A DNA stretch of 64,000 nt from Bacteroidales bacterium (GCA_017535665.1 JAFXTS010000015.1:9462-73461), one strand, 5' to 3'; positions 35,836-44,286 are shown, counted from the first letter of the stretch. Program-made: numbers and translations. The notes: generated from the sequence alone by a model not told the origin.

Positions 35836-36390
35836 TTAGCGACGGTCGCGCAACGCTTGATCCACCTGCGCATACAGCTCATCCAACGAGCCGTCGTTGG
35901 TCAGCACCGCCGAGGCACGACGGATGCATTCCGAGAGGTTCTGCTTGTTGGGATCGTCGGAGGTCATCTCGCGTTTTTCGTTAGCCATAAAGGTATCAAA
36001 ATCAATGTGGTCGGTTTCTGAGGCACGCAGCACCACCCGCTGGTAGCGAATCTTCGGGTCGGCATTTACCGCCCAAAGGCTGAAATCGGCCTTGCCCTCT
36101 AAGGAGTCGATCTCGCCCGGCGTGCGGATGCTCTCGATGATGGCATTCTGGCCCGATGCCGCTGCTTGAAGATACAGCTGGTCAACAATATACGACGGGG
36201 TGTGGTGCGCCCGCAGGTCGTTGGCCACCGAGGTGAACGAGTCGCGGTTCGGCTCCATACCCCGCTTCAGCACTTCACCGCGCAAAAATTCGCGCACCGA
36301 AAAATGCACAAAGCCATACTTTTCTTTCAAATAGTCCACCACTGTGCCTTTACCTGCTCCTAATGTTCCTGTAATTCCTATGATGATCAT
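35836..36390 (-). CDS. P-loop nucleotide/nucleoside kinase-like protein
   Basis: Walker A GITGTLGAGKGT at the N-terminus. The 184-aa size and layout resemble dephospho-CoA kinase / dNMP kinase-like proteins. Substrate unknown. Confidence 0.55.
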   Translation of the reverse strand: MIIIGITGTLGAGKGTVVDYLKEKYGFVHFSVREFLRGEVLKRGMEPNRDSFTSVANDLRAHHTPSYIVDQLYLQAAASGQNAIIESIRTPGEIDSLEGKADFSLWAVNADPKIRYQRVVLRASETDHIDFDTFMANEKREMTSDDPNKQNLSECIRRASAVLTNDGSLDELYAQVDQALRDRR

Positions 36391-36402
36391 ATCGTAAGTT
36401 TT

Positions 36403-37536
36403 TTATTTCCAACATTTTTCTACTACTCTACCCATCACTTCGCGCACCTTTTCCTGCTCCTGTGCTGTCAACTCCGTATGCATCGGCAACGAAAGCACGG
36501 TGTCCGCCAGGTGCTCCGCCACCGGAAAGTCGCCGCGCCGGTAGCCCAACTCCGCAAATACGGGCTGGAGATGCAGCGGCACGGGATAATACACCATCGT
36601 GGGCACCCCCTCGGCTCGTAACAACTCCTGCAACTGGTCGCGATTCACCCTGTCGGCGAGGCGTACCGTATATTGGTGAAACACATGGGTGCTGTATGAA
36701 GCGCGGTACGGCACTGTCAGCCAGTCGCAATCCGCAAAGAGTGTGTCGTACCGGTCGGCAGCAGACTGCCGGGCCTGCGTGAACTCACCCAAATGGCGTA
36801 ACTTCACGTTCAAGATGGCCGCCTGCAGCGTGTCGAGCCGCGAGTTGACGCCCACCCGCTCATGATGGTACTTTATCTCGGCACCGTGGTTGGCTATGCA
36901 GGCGGCCAATTTCGCCAATTCTGCATCGTGCGTGAACATCGCACCTCCATCGCCATAACAACCCAAATTCTTGGTGGGGAAAAAGGAGGTGCAGCCGAAG
37001 GTTCCCATCGTGCCTGCCATTTTCCGCTGACCATCGGCAAAAATATACTCGGCCCCTATCGACTGGCAGGCATCCTCCACTACGTACAACCCATGCTTTT
37101 CGGCAATCTGCAGCAGGGGGTCCATGTTGGCGCTCTGTCCGTACAGATGCACCGGCAGGATGGCCTTCGTGCGCGGAGTGATGGCCGCGTTGATTTGATG
37201 AATGTCAAGATTAAAAGTATTTTCTTCCACATCTACGAACACTGGCTGAACACGCAACAGGGCCATTACCTCAGCAGTAGCGATAAAGGTGAACGGCGTG
37301 GTGATCACCTCATCGCCAGGTTGCAGGCCGAGTGCCATCAGCGCAATCTGCAAGGCATCGGTGCCACTGCCGCAGCCGATAACGTGTGGGATGGAAAGAA
37401 AACGGGAAAGATTTTCCTGAAATTCAGTCACTTCCGTACCTTTTATATACGCGCCAGAGGCCAACACTTTCTCCACGACCTCATCTATTTCGGCCTTCAG
37501 TCTCTCATATTGACCATTTAAGTCCACCATTTTCAT
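36403..37536 (-). CDS. DegT/DnrJ/EryC1/StrS family sugar aminotransferase
   Basis: GSGTDALQIAL and the PLP-lysine motif SFFPTKNLGCYGDGGA. The start was trimmed from the track TTG at 37563 to ATG 37536 (or 37530). Confidence 0.88.
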   Translation of the reverse strand: MKMVDLNGQYERLKAEIDEVVEKVLASGAYIKGTEVTEFQENLSRFLSIPHVIGCGSGTDALQIALMALGLQPGDEVITTPFTFIATAEVMALLRVQPVFVDVEENTFNLDIHQINAAITPRTKAILPVHLYGQSANMDPLLQIAEKHGLYVVEDACQSIGAEYIFADGQRKMAGTMGTFGCTSFFPTKNLGCYGDGGAMFTHDAELAKLAACIANHGAEIKYHHERVGVNSRLDTLQAAILNVKLRHLGEFTQARQSAADRYDTLFADCDWLTVPYRASYSTHVFHQYTVRLADRVNRDQLQELLRAEGVPTMVYYPVPLHLQPVFAELGYRRGDFPVAEHLADTVLSLPMHTELTAQEQEKVREVMGRVVEKCWK

Positions 37537-37618
37537 CCTTCGTTCATTTTTTTGAAACGGCAAAAATACTAAAAAAATATAATTTTCTCATAACGACGAT
37601 TATTTCATTAAAAAATTG

Positions 37619-37626
37619 TATCTTTG
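37619..37626 (+). promoter_or_regulatory. -7 promoter motif TATCTTTG (T9SS cargo gene)
   Basis: Matches TAnnTTTG, 37 nt upstream of ATG 37663. Confidence 0.45.
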
Positions 37627-37662
37627 CCGCCGAAAATCATTTATTAACCAAATTATATTATT

Positions 37663-39024
37663 ATGAAAAAGTTATTTACATTTTTTGCGGCTATGGCTCT
37701 GGTTTCCATGTCATTTGCCCAGTTGAACGAGACGCCTGTCACTAACGTTCAAAATCCTGGAAATGTAGACCGTTCAGAATGGTATGGTTTTACTTCCAAC
37801 TCTTCGAGCGCTTACATTTTCGCTGCTGAAGCTGAATATCTGCTTCGTATTCCTGCCGGTGCTTTAACGCCTGGTACCTTAATTACCAAAGTGATGTTCC
37901 AGCACTTAACCAGTGAAAACTTCTCTGATTACACTGGAGATCCTTTTGGATGTGAAACCTACACTATCAAAATTTACACCGGAACTTCTTATGAGACCAT
38001 TACTTACATCGGTTCTGATGAACAGGAGCACACTTATGATTCTTTGAATCCTGGTACCCTTGCTTATTCCATGTTCTACAGCCCGACCGAAACTGGTCAG
38101 CAGATTGTTACCTTAGGTCAAGCTTTCACCGTTCCGAATGGTGATTTCTGCGTTGCTATCTACGCTCCTGACAAGAGTGCTGGTGGTCTTTGCCCGGAAG
38201 ATACTGCTTGCGCAACCCAATCATACGCTTACATGGATGATGCGGATGGCTGGCAGCACTATCAGTTCGGTAATGGTGGTGTATATACCGACAAACCGTG
38301 GTATCTGGCTGTTTTCAACGATGACGGTCAACCCATTGTACATAAATGCGACTGGAAAGTTGCTCTCCACGATCCTAATGACGCACAAACCTTCCCGGAT
38401 GAAATTACCTCTATGACTGTTGACTCCTATGTTGACTCTCTCTATTTAGCTTTCGAGATGGGCAATATGGGTCCCGACACTGCTTACGGTCACGTTTATT
38501 TTGACTGCTACGTAGAATGCAATGGCATCACCACTACGCTTATTGAAGACGATGATTGGGATCTTTCTCAAACTACCAATGGTTACATGCTTCCTGGTTA
38601 TGGTTGGTGGTCTGTAGATGGTGGTGGTCTTTTCGACTTCGCCAACGATTTTGTTGAGCTCGGTCTCTCCTTCCCGTTCGAACTCTGCATTCATTGCGAC
38701 TGGGTGGGCAACCAAAGCAACGACTACGATCCGGATACTACAAACAATACCTATTGTATCACCGTTGACTATGACAATGGTATTAACGAGAAAACCAACG
38801 ACCTGATGGTTTACCCGAACCCCGCTTGCAACGAAATCACTATCGACAACGCTGCCGGCGCTCAGGTTTCCATCTACAACGTGGCTGGTCAGGAAGTGAT
38901 GAGCATCGAAAATGCTAACGCCTCCGCTACCATCAACGTGATGAACCTCACCGAAGGTTTGTACATCGTTCGCGTTGTGAACGGCAACGAAGTGGCTACC
39001 AGCAAGGTGAACATCGTTCGCTAA
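37663..39024 (+). CDS. secreted protein with T9SS C-terminal sorting domain; passenger domain unknown
   Basis: Signal peptide MKKLFTFFAAMALVSMSFAQ. C-terminal LMVYPNPACNEITIDNAAGAQVSIYNVAGQEVMS...GLYIVRVVNGNEVATSKVNIVR is a type-A Por/T9SS CTD. Confidence 0.75.
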   Translation: MKKLFTFFAAMALVSMSFAQLNETPVTNVQNPGNVDRSEWYGFTSNSSSAYIFAAEAEYLLRIPAGALTPGTLITKVMFQHLTSENFSDYTGDPFGCETYTIKIYTGTSYETITYIGSDEQEHTYDSLNPGTLAYSMFYSPTETGQQIVTLGQAFTVPNGDFCVAIYAPDKSAGGLCPEDTACATQSYAYMDDADGWQHYQFGNGGVYTDKPWYLAVFNDDGQPIVHKCDWKVALHDPNDAQTFPDEITSMTVDSYVDSLYLAFEMGNMGPDTAYGHVYFDCYVECNGITTTLIEDDDWDLSQTTNGYMLPGYGWWSVDGGGLFDFANDFVELGLSFPFELCIHCDWVGNQSNDYDPDTTNNTYCITVDYDNGINEKTNDLMVYPNPACNEITIDNAAGAQVSIYNVAGQEVMSIENANASATINVMNLTEGLYIVRVVNGNEVATSKVNIVR

Positions 39025-39053
39025 TTCTGAACCACTTATTCTATAATAAAAAA

Positions 39054-39080
39054 ACACCTCCACTGCGGAGGTGTTTTTTT
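39054..39080 (+). terminator. rho-independent terminator
   Basis: ACACCTCC-actgc-GGAGGTGT followed by TTTTTT. Confidence 0.85.
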
Positions 39081-39132
39081 GTACAATATTTTCATACTTC
39101 CGCCGTTGAAAAGCAGTGTAAATCCATCCATC

Positions 39133-39741
39133 ATGTTCCTCTTTACTGGCTTCCGATTAGAACTTTCAAAAGAGTATGATCCTCTGATTGCCGAGCTACA
39201 CCGCCGCACTCATTACGATACCATCACTTGGGTAAAACCCGATCTTTTCCATATCACCCTCCGCTACATCGGAAAAACGCACTCCTCTCAAGTGAAATCT
39301 ATCGCAGAAACACTACAAAATATCGCAGCCAATACGCCAGAAATTGACCTCGAAATCAACAAACTGGGAGTTTTTGGATCCCATTACAAACCAAAGTGTA
39401 TCTGGCTCGGCATTCAGAATACCCCACAACTCCAACAACTTTACAATATAGTCGATAGCTCTCTCCCACAACTCGGAGTGAAACTAAAAAATGAAAACTT
39501 TGTTCCTCACATCTCTTTAGGAAGAACGAGAAAAATAGACAATAAGAATAGATTTTCTCAAATGCTGGAAGAATTACAGCCCACCTTCCACCAAAAATTT
39601 CATTTCACCCATTTCTCTCTCATTCGCAGCCAACTTGAAAAAGAAGGACCTATCCATACCACCCTGTACGACTTCCCACTTTTAGGTAAGAATATGCCAG
39701 AAAATGGCATTTCTACACCCTCTTCAGCCCCATCAATATGA
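39133..39741 (+). CDS. thpR: RNA 2',3'-cyclic phosphodiesterase (2H family, LigT/ThpR)
   Basis: Two HxTx motifs (FHITLRYIG and PHISLGR). The start was trimmed to MFLFTGF (ATG 39133), downstream of the terminator at 39054-39080. Confidence 0.8.
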   Translation: MFLFTGFRLELSKEYDPLIAELHRRTHYDTITWVKPDLFHITLRYIGKTHSSQVKSIAETLQNIAANTPEIDLEINKLGVFGSHYKPKCIWLGIQNTPQLQQLYNIVDSSLPQLGVKLKNENFVPHISLGRTRKIDNKNRFSQMLEELQPTFHQKFHFTHFSLIRSQLEKEGPIHTTLYDFPLLGKNMPENGISTPSSAPSI

Positions 39742-40739
39742 AAGCTCTCCCCTACATCCTCACCCCCATCGTTCTGATAGCCGCCGCATTTCTGGCCGCT
39801 ACCATCGGCGTGGTGAATATTCCCCATGAGGCCATAGGGGCCATCCTGAAAGCCAAACTTACCGGCGGAGATGTGGCCGAAAATTGGCAGATTTACGAGA
39901 TGACGCTATGGAACCTGCGCATTCCCCGCATCCTGATGAGTCTGCTGGCCGGCAGCGCATTAGCCATCTGCGGCGCCGCCTTTCAATCCATCTTCCGCAA
40001 CCCCATCTGCGACCCCTATATCCTTGGCATCTCCTCTGGTGCTTCCCTCGGCGCCGCTATCGCCATCATCACTGGCCTCTCTGCCTTTACCTTCGGACTG
40101 CCCGCCGCCGCCATGATCTCCGCCCTCGGCACTCTCTTCCTGATCATCGGTATCGCATTTATCGGACGCCAAAAGTCAGTAAAAACGCTCCTTCTCGCCG
40201 GTATCGCCATCAACTTCCTCATTTCGGCTATCATCACCCTGCTGATGGTCGTTCACCAAGAATCCTTCGAACAGATTATCTACTGGACCATGGGTAGTTT
40301 CGCCTCCTCTTCTTGGACTTCTACCATCATCCTATTCTTCATGCTTACCGCTTGCTCTATCTTTCTTTTCTTCAATACTAAAAATCTCAACATCTTACAA
40401 TTAGGGCGCGATACGGCGCAATCTTCTGGAGTGAATGTACAAAGAACCACCTTAAGCGTGCTCATCGTTTCTTCCATACTGATTGCTGCCACAGTGGCCT
40501 GTTGCGGTGTCATTGGTTTCGTCGGACTCATTATCCCTCATATCGTACGTCTCATCTTCGGCAACAACAACCGCACCGTCTTCTTCTTCTCCCTCTGCTT
40601 CGGCGCCATCTTCTGTCTCTTCGCCGACACTCTCGCCCGCTCCATCGTAGCCCGCTCCGAACTTCCTGTTGGTAGTATCACCGCCCTAATCGGAGCTCCC
40701 TATTTTATCTTCTTACTGTTGGCTAAAAAAAGAAAATAG
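39738..40739 (+). CDS. FecCD/BtuC-type ABC transporter permease (iron-chelate/cobalamin family)
   Basis: 333 aa, about 9-10 TM helices, typical motifs (RIPRILMSLLAGSALAICGAAFQSIFRNP, GSITALIGAPYFIFLL). ATGA overlap with thpR. No ATPase or binding-protein gene is adjacent. Confidence 0.85.
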   Translation: MKALPYILTPIVLIAAAFLAATIGVVNIPHEAIGAILKAKLTGGDVAENWQIYEMTLWNLRIPRILMSLLAGSALAICGAAFQSIFRNPICDPYILGISSGASLGAAIAIITGLSAFTFGLPAAAMISALGTLFLIIGIAFIGRQKSVKTLLLAGIAINFLISAIITLLMVVHQESFEQIIYWTMGSFASSSWTSTIILFFMLTACSIFLFFNTKNLNILQLGRDTAQSSGVNVQRTTLSVLIVSSILIAATVACCGVIGFVGLIIPHIVRLIFGNNNRTVFFFSLCFGAIFCLFADTLARSIVARSELPVGSITALIGAPYFIFLLLAKKRK

Positions 40740-40746
40740 GGTATTT

Positions 40747-41064
40747 TTATCAACTCGTAAATGTTGACAAATATTGATAACTTTGCCTTTATCAACACAA
40801 AAATTTCTACCGCCGCGCTCACCAAAAAGTTTTCAGATTTTATCAAAAGATTGCCAACATTGTCCGCTTCAATTTTCAACATCCAAAATAATTTTTACCC
40901 TTTTCAATTTTCAACAAAAGCATTTTTCAACACATTTTAATAGAAATTTTTCTCGCTTTGGTCATCAGTCATTTACTCCAAAAAAAATTGTTGAAAAACG
41001 GTTAGTAAATGCTGACAACTTAAAAAGCAAATATTTTTCCAAAAAATTATCCCAATTGTCAACA
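40747..41064. repeat. array of TTNTCAACA motifs (7 exact, 5 one-mismatch, both orientations) in a non-coding A/T-rich gap
   Basis: Exact copies: 40762-40770 (rc), 40789-40797, 40873-40881, 40908-40916, 40924-40932, 40989-40997 (rc), 41056-41064. Near copies start at 40747, 40772 (rc), 40840, 40851 and 41010 (rc). Confidence 0.8.
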
Positions 41065-41140
41065 CCATTAATATGTCTAATAAATTCCTTTGTTTTTAAA
41101 AAAAGAAATTTTAAAGAATTAATCCCGTTGAAATAATGCT

Positions 41141-41148
41141 TACTTTTG
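41141..41148 (+). promoter_or_regulatory. -7 promoter motif TACTTTTG; predicts a leaderless mRNA
   Basis: Matches TAnnTTTG. ATG 41153 begins 4-5 nt after the motif. Confidence 0.4.
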
Positions 41149-41152
41149 CACG

Positions 41153-41938
41153 ATGAAAAAATGGACTCTACTTTTGCTGTTGCTGATGCTCTATGGAGTG
41201 GGAATGGCGCAAACCAAGAAGTTGGTGGGTACGGTCTATAATTCATCAGGCATCGTTCCGATTGTGGGTTGTCAGGTGCATAATTTAAATACTGGAGAGT
41301 ACGTTTTTGGCGATGATAATGGTCGCTTTATCATGTCGGTTTCGGTGAACGACTCCTTAGTTGTCTCCCATTCCGGCTATTCACAGTCTTTGGTGGTGAT
41401 AGATAATCGCGACTATTCTCGCGGCCGCAAGGATATCATTTTGTATCATAAGGCATTCATGCTGCCCAATTTTACTTGCTATGGTCTCAATCCCTCTTAC
41501 GAGGGTTTTAAACGCGATGTGGCCACGGTTAAACTTCCCGATTCTTACAAAAATATTGATGATGTTCATCTTACGAAAGAGGAACGCCGGAATGCCACTT
41601 ATACCGAAGAAGCTCCTAATATATTGAAAAATACCAAGTTAGCAAGTCCTATTACTTGGTTATATTCTACTTTTAATAAGAAAGAAAAGATGCGCCGCCT
41701 CTATTATGAGATGGAGGGTTATGGGGAAGAGGTACAACAGGTGCAGTTGAAATATAATAGAGAGCTGGTGTCTGAAATTACAGGTTTACAAGAACCTGAA
41801 TTATTGGATTTTATGGTCTATTGTCATTTCAGTTATTATGATCTGATACGCTGGTCAAGAGAAAAAATCATAGACGAAGTACGTACTAAATTCTATGAGT
41901 ATCAGTATTTTAAAGCATTAGAAGAAGATGATAAATAA
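41153..41938 (+). CDS. carboxypeptidase-regulatory-like domain protein
   Basis: Signal peptide, then LVGTVYNSSGIVPIVGCQVHNLNTGEYVFGDDNGRFIMSV, which is typical of CarboxypepD_reg-like domains. The remainder is unknown. Confidence 0.6.
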   Translation: MKKWTLLLLLLMLYGVGMAQTKKLVGTVYNSSGIVPIVGCQVHNLNTGEYVFGDDNGRFIMSVSVNDSLVVSHSGYSQSLVVIDNRDYSRGRKDIILYHKAFMLPNFTCYGLNPSYEGFKRDVATVKLPDSYKNIDDVHLTKEERRNATYTEEAPNILKNTKLASPITWLYSTFNKKEKMRRLYYEMEGYGEEVQQVQLKYNRELVSEITGLQEPELLDFMVYCHFSYYDLIRWSREKIIDEVRTKFYEYQYFKALEEDDK

Positions 41939-42146
41939 GGAGTTTTTTCAGAAGAATTTCAATAAGTTTCATATTGCTGGATGCATTCTTTGCATCCTGT
42001 TGGCCATTTTCTATTGGTGGCTTTCAGGCAAAAACCAGCCGCAGATTTACAAAAACAATATCGCCTTGGTCATCGTATGGGGACTCTTGGTAGGATGGAT
42101 CTCCGCCGACTTCATCTTCAACGCCCGCAACCGCCACGACGAGTAG
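41928..42146 (+). CDS. small two-TM membrane protein
   Basis: 72 aa with two hydrophobic helices (IAGCILCILLAIFYWWL and IALVIVWGLLVGWISADFIF). It overlaps the upstream gene by 11 nt. Confidence 0.45.
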   Translation: MINKEFFQKNFNKFHIAGCILCILLAIFYWWLSGKNQPQIYKNNIALVIVWGLLVGWISADFIFNARNRHDE

Positions 42147-42174
42147 CCTCTCCTCCCCCATTATGAAATTTCAG

Positions 42175-42311
42175 ATCTCTCAAATCTCTCAAATCTTTCA
42201 AATTATTTGTTGCTCGCTGCGCTCACATTTGCAGATTCGATGCTCACTTCGTTCGCATTTGAACTCGCTGCGCTCGTATTAACAATCTTTCAAATCTCTA
42301 AAATCCCACAA
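42175..42311. repeat. composite direct-repeat region: 9-mers ATCT(C/T)TCAA x3, three ~20-nt TGCTCGCTGCGCTC-type units, then 9-mers again
   Basis: 9-mers at 42175-42201 and 42285-42311. 21-mers at 42211-42231 and 42241-42261 (17/21 identical), plus 42262-42280, which shares CTCGCTGCGCTC. The last 9-mers overlap the 3' end of the OmpA-family gene. Confidence 0.75.
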
Positions 42312-44262
42312 TCTTAAACTCCGTCCGGCGGTTCAAAGCTCTACCCTCTTCAGTTTCATTCGTGGCGATTGGCTGACTCATCCCATACCCCTTAAAGCTC
42401 ATTCTGTTTTTATCTATTCCTTTGGAAATCAAATAATTATAAACAGATTTTGCTCTTTCAAGAGAGAGTTTTTCGTTGTATTCGGCACTACCTTGATTAT
42501 CGGTATGTCCGCCAATTTCAATCTTGACTGTGCCATTTTCTTGCAGATAAGCGGCTAATTTATCCAGCTCGATGTGGGACTCCTTTTTGAGCGTGCTCCT
42601 GTCAAAATCGAAGAAAACGTTGCGTAAAACGAAGGTTTCGCCCACTTCCGGACGGCGCAAGGGAATATCTTTATGATAAGGTTCGAGTTCGGTGTAATTT
42701 TTCTCCAATTGAAAGTTTTCAGAATAGAAAGGATAATAGGGATGCGACACACTCATCCCGATATTGGAACCGGTACGAATGCAGGCTAAAAACTCGCCAG
42801 TATTGGGATCCGAAAAGGTGGAAGTTATAACTGTACTATCCTCTAAATCAATTAATTCAATAGATGCTTTGAGCGGCTGGTGGGTCACCTCATCATACAC
42901 TTTTCCTTTAATGTAGGTGACCGGTGTAGGACGAAGCCGTTCGTCTAACGGGGTAAAGTAGTAGAGATCGAGTCCCCCATACCCTTCTTTTTTATCAGAT
43001 GAAAAATAGGCAGTGGTACCTACCGCATTGATGATAAAATTGGTTTCATCGTTTTCTGTATTAATGGGGTAACCCAGATTGACAGGTTGTGTCCATCCTG
43101 TATCGGTACGGGTGGCGAAGAAAATGTCGAGTCCACCCATTCCGGGATGTCCGTTGGAGGCAAAGTAGAGCGTCCTTCCGTCTGCATGAATAAACGGCGC
43201 AGCCTCGTCATATTCTGTATTGATGGTGGGCCCAAGATTTTCAGGAATCGTGAATACGCCCTCTTCGATCATTTCCGTTTTCCAAAGGTCTATCCCACCA
43301 TACCCTCCTGGGCGATTAGAAATGAAATAGATGGTTTTTCCATCAGGTGCGATGGAAGGCTGTGATTCCCAGTGCTTTGTGTTGACAGGTTCACCAAAAT
43401 TTTGAGGTCTTGACCAACGATTACCAATTCTTTTAGCCCAGTAAAGATCGCAACTTCCTGAACCTGTTTCTTTTACGTCACAAATCGTGTAGAAAAGATA
43501 TTTTCCATCTGGCGAGATGCAATGGGCTCCCTCATTGTAGCCTGTATTAATGGGATAAGGCAATTTATAACGTGGCTGCCATTCTCCATCTTTTTTCATA
43601 CTGCCATAAAAATCCTCTTCCATCTCACAGAGAAAACATTGCGTCTTTTCATCTCGGGGTCTTTTCAACGTATAGACAATTTCCTCTTCGTCGGCGGTAA
43701 TTGCAGGCAGGTATTCGTCGTATGCCGAGTTGATGTTGGGTCCCATATTGACAGGAGCCCACGGCACAGGATCTTTCAAGGCCATCAAGGCAAATTTGCA
43801 GTTCTGGATGGCAAAAAGCGTCTCTTTTTGTAAGGGTTCGTTGGGTTGGGTGCGATTTAAATATTCTTCAAAATGTTGTAAGGCTTCTTGATACATGGCG
43901 GATTTCCACTCCTCATTCGCCGTAACGTAGAATAAGATTGGTTTGGGATTTTTTGCTAAACGGATAGCCTTATTGTAACATTCCACCGCTTTTTTCGATT
44001 CCAGAGAAAAATTATAAATATCTCCTTCAATAATGTAGATATCGGCGAATGTAGAGTCTATTTTTTTAGCTTTTTTAAGATAGCTTTGTGCCTTGTCGAA
44101 GTTGTGTTCATTAATCTCATGTTTGGCCTTCTTACAGAGGTCAACTACTTTATGATTAGCACCTTGTTGGGAAAATCCATAGAAAGATGCGCCGATGAAA
44201 AACACAAAAATCGACAAGATTTTGCCGATTTTTTTCATAATGGAAGGATTATTTTTTTTCAT
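42298..44262 (-). CDS. OmpA-family protein with TPR, TolB-like (PD40) beta-propeller and C-terminal OmpA domain
   Basis: Signal peptide, TPR-like N-region, repeated PD40-like segments (SPDGKYLFY, APDGKTIYFISNRPGGYGGIDLW, HADGRTLYFASN) and the C-terminal OmpA motif GHTDNQGSAEYNEKLSLERA...NRRTEF. An alternative start is ATG 44238. Confidence 0.85.
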   Translation of the reverse strand: MKKNNPSIMKKIGKILSIFVFFIGASFYGFSQQGANHKVVDLCKKAKHEINEHNFDKAQSYLKKAKKIDSTFADIYIIEGDIYNFSLESKKAVECYNKAIRLAKNPKPILFYVTANEEWKSAMYQEALQHFEEYLNRTQPNEPLQKETLFAIQNCKFALMALKDPVPWAPVNMGPNINSAYDEYLPAITADEEEIVYTLKRPRDEKTQCFLCEMEEDFYGSMKKDGEWQPRYKLPYPINTGYNEGAHCISPDGKYLFYTICDVKETGSGSCDLYWAKRIGNRWSRPQNFGEPVNTKHWESQPSIAPDGKTIYFISNRPGGYGGIDLWKTEMIEEGVFTIPENLGPTINTEYDEAAPFIHADGRTLYFASNGHPGMGGLDIFFATRTDTGWTQPVNLGYPINTENDETNFIINAVGTTAYFSSDKKEGYGGLDLYYFTPLDERLRPTPVTYIKGKVYDEVTHQPLKASIELIDLEDSTVITSTFSDPNTGEFLACIRTGSNIGMSVSHPYYPFYSENFQLEKNYTELEPYHKDIPLRRPEVGETFVLRNVFFDFDRSTLKKESHIELDKLAAYLQENGTVKIEIGGHTDNQGSAEYNEKLSLERAKSVYNYLISKGIDKNRMSFKGYGMSQPIATNETEEGRALNRRTEFKIVGF

Positions 44263-44286
44263 TTTTTAAGCAAAACAAATTCAACA

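Noticed and set aside
40774-41136. 120-aa + strand ORF filling the gap after the FecCD permease.
   Set aside because: The start is TTG. The composition is low complexity (Phe/Lys/Ser/Asn-rich) and driven by A/T-rich sequence. The region is better explained as a non-coding motif array (TTNTCAACA copies in both orientations).
42175-42311. Possible CRISPR array or terminator in the repeat block.
   Set aside because: The repeat units are only 9 and about 21 nt long, degenerate, and without uniform unique spacers. No cas genes are present. The repeats are direct, so no stable hairpin forms.
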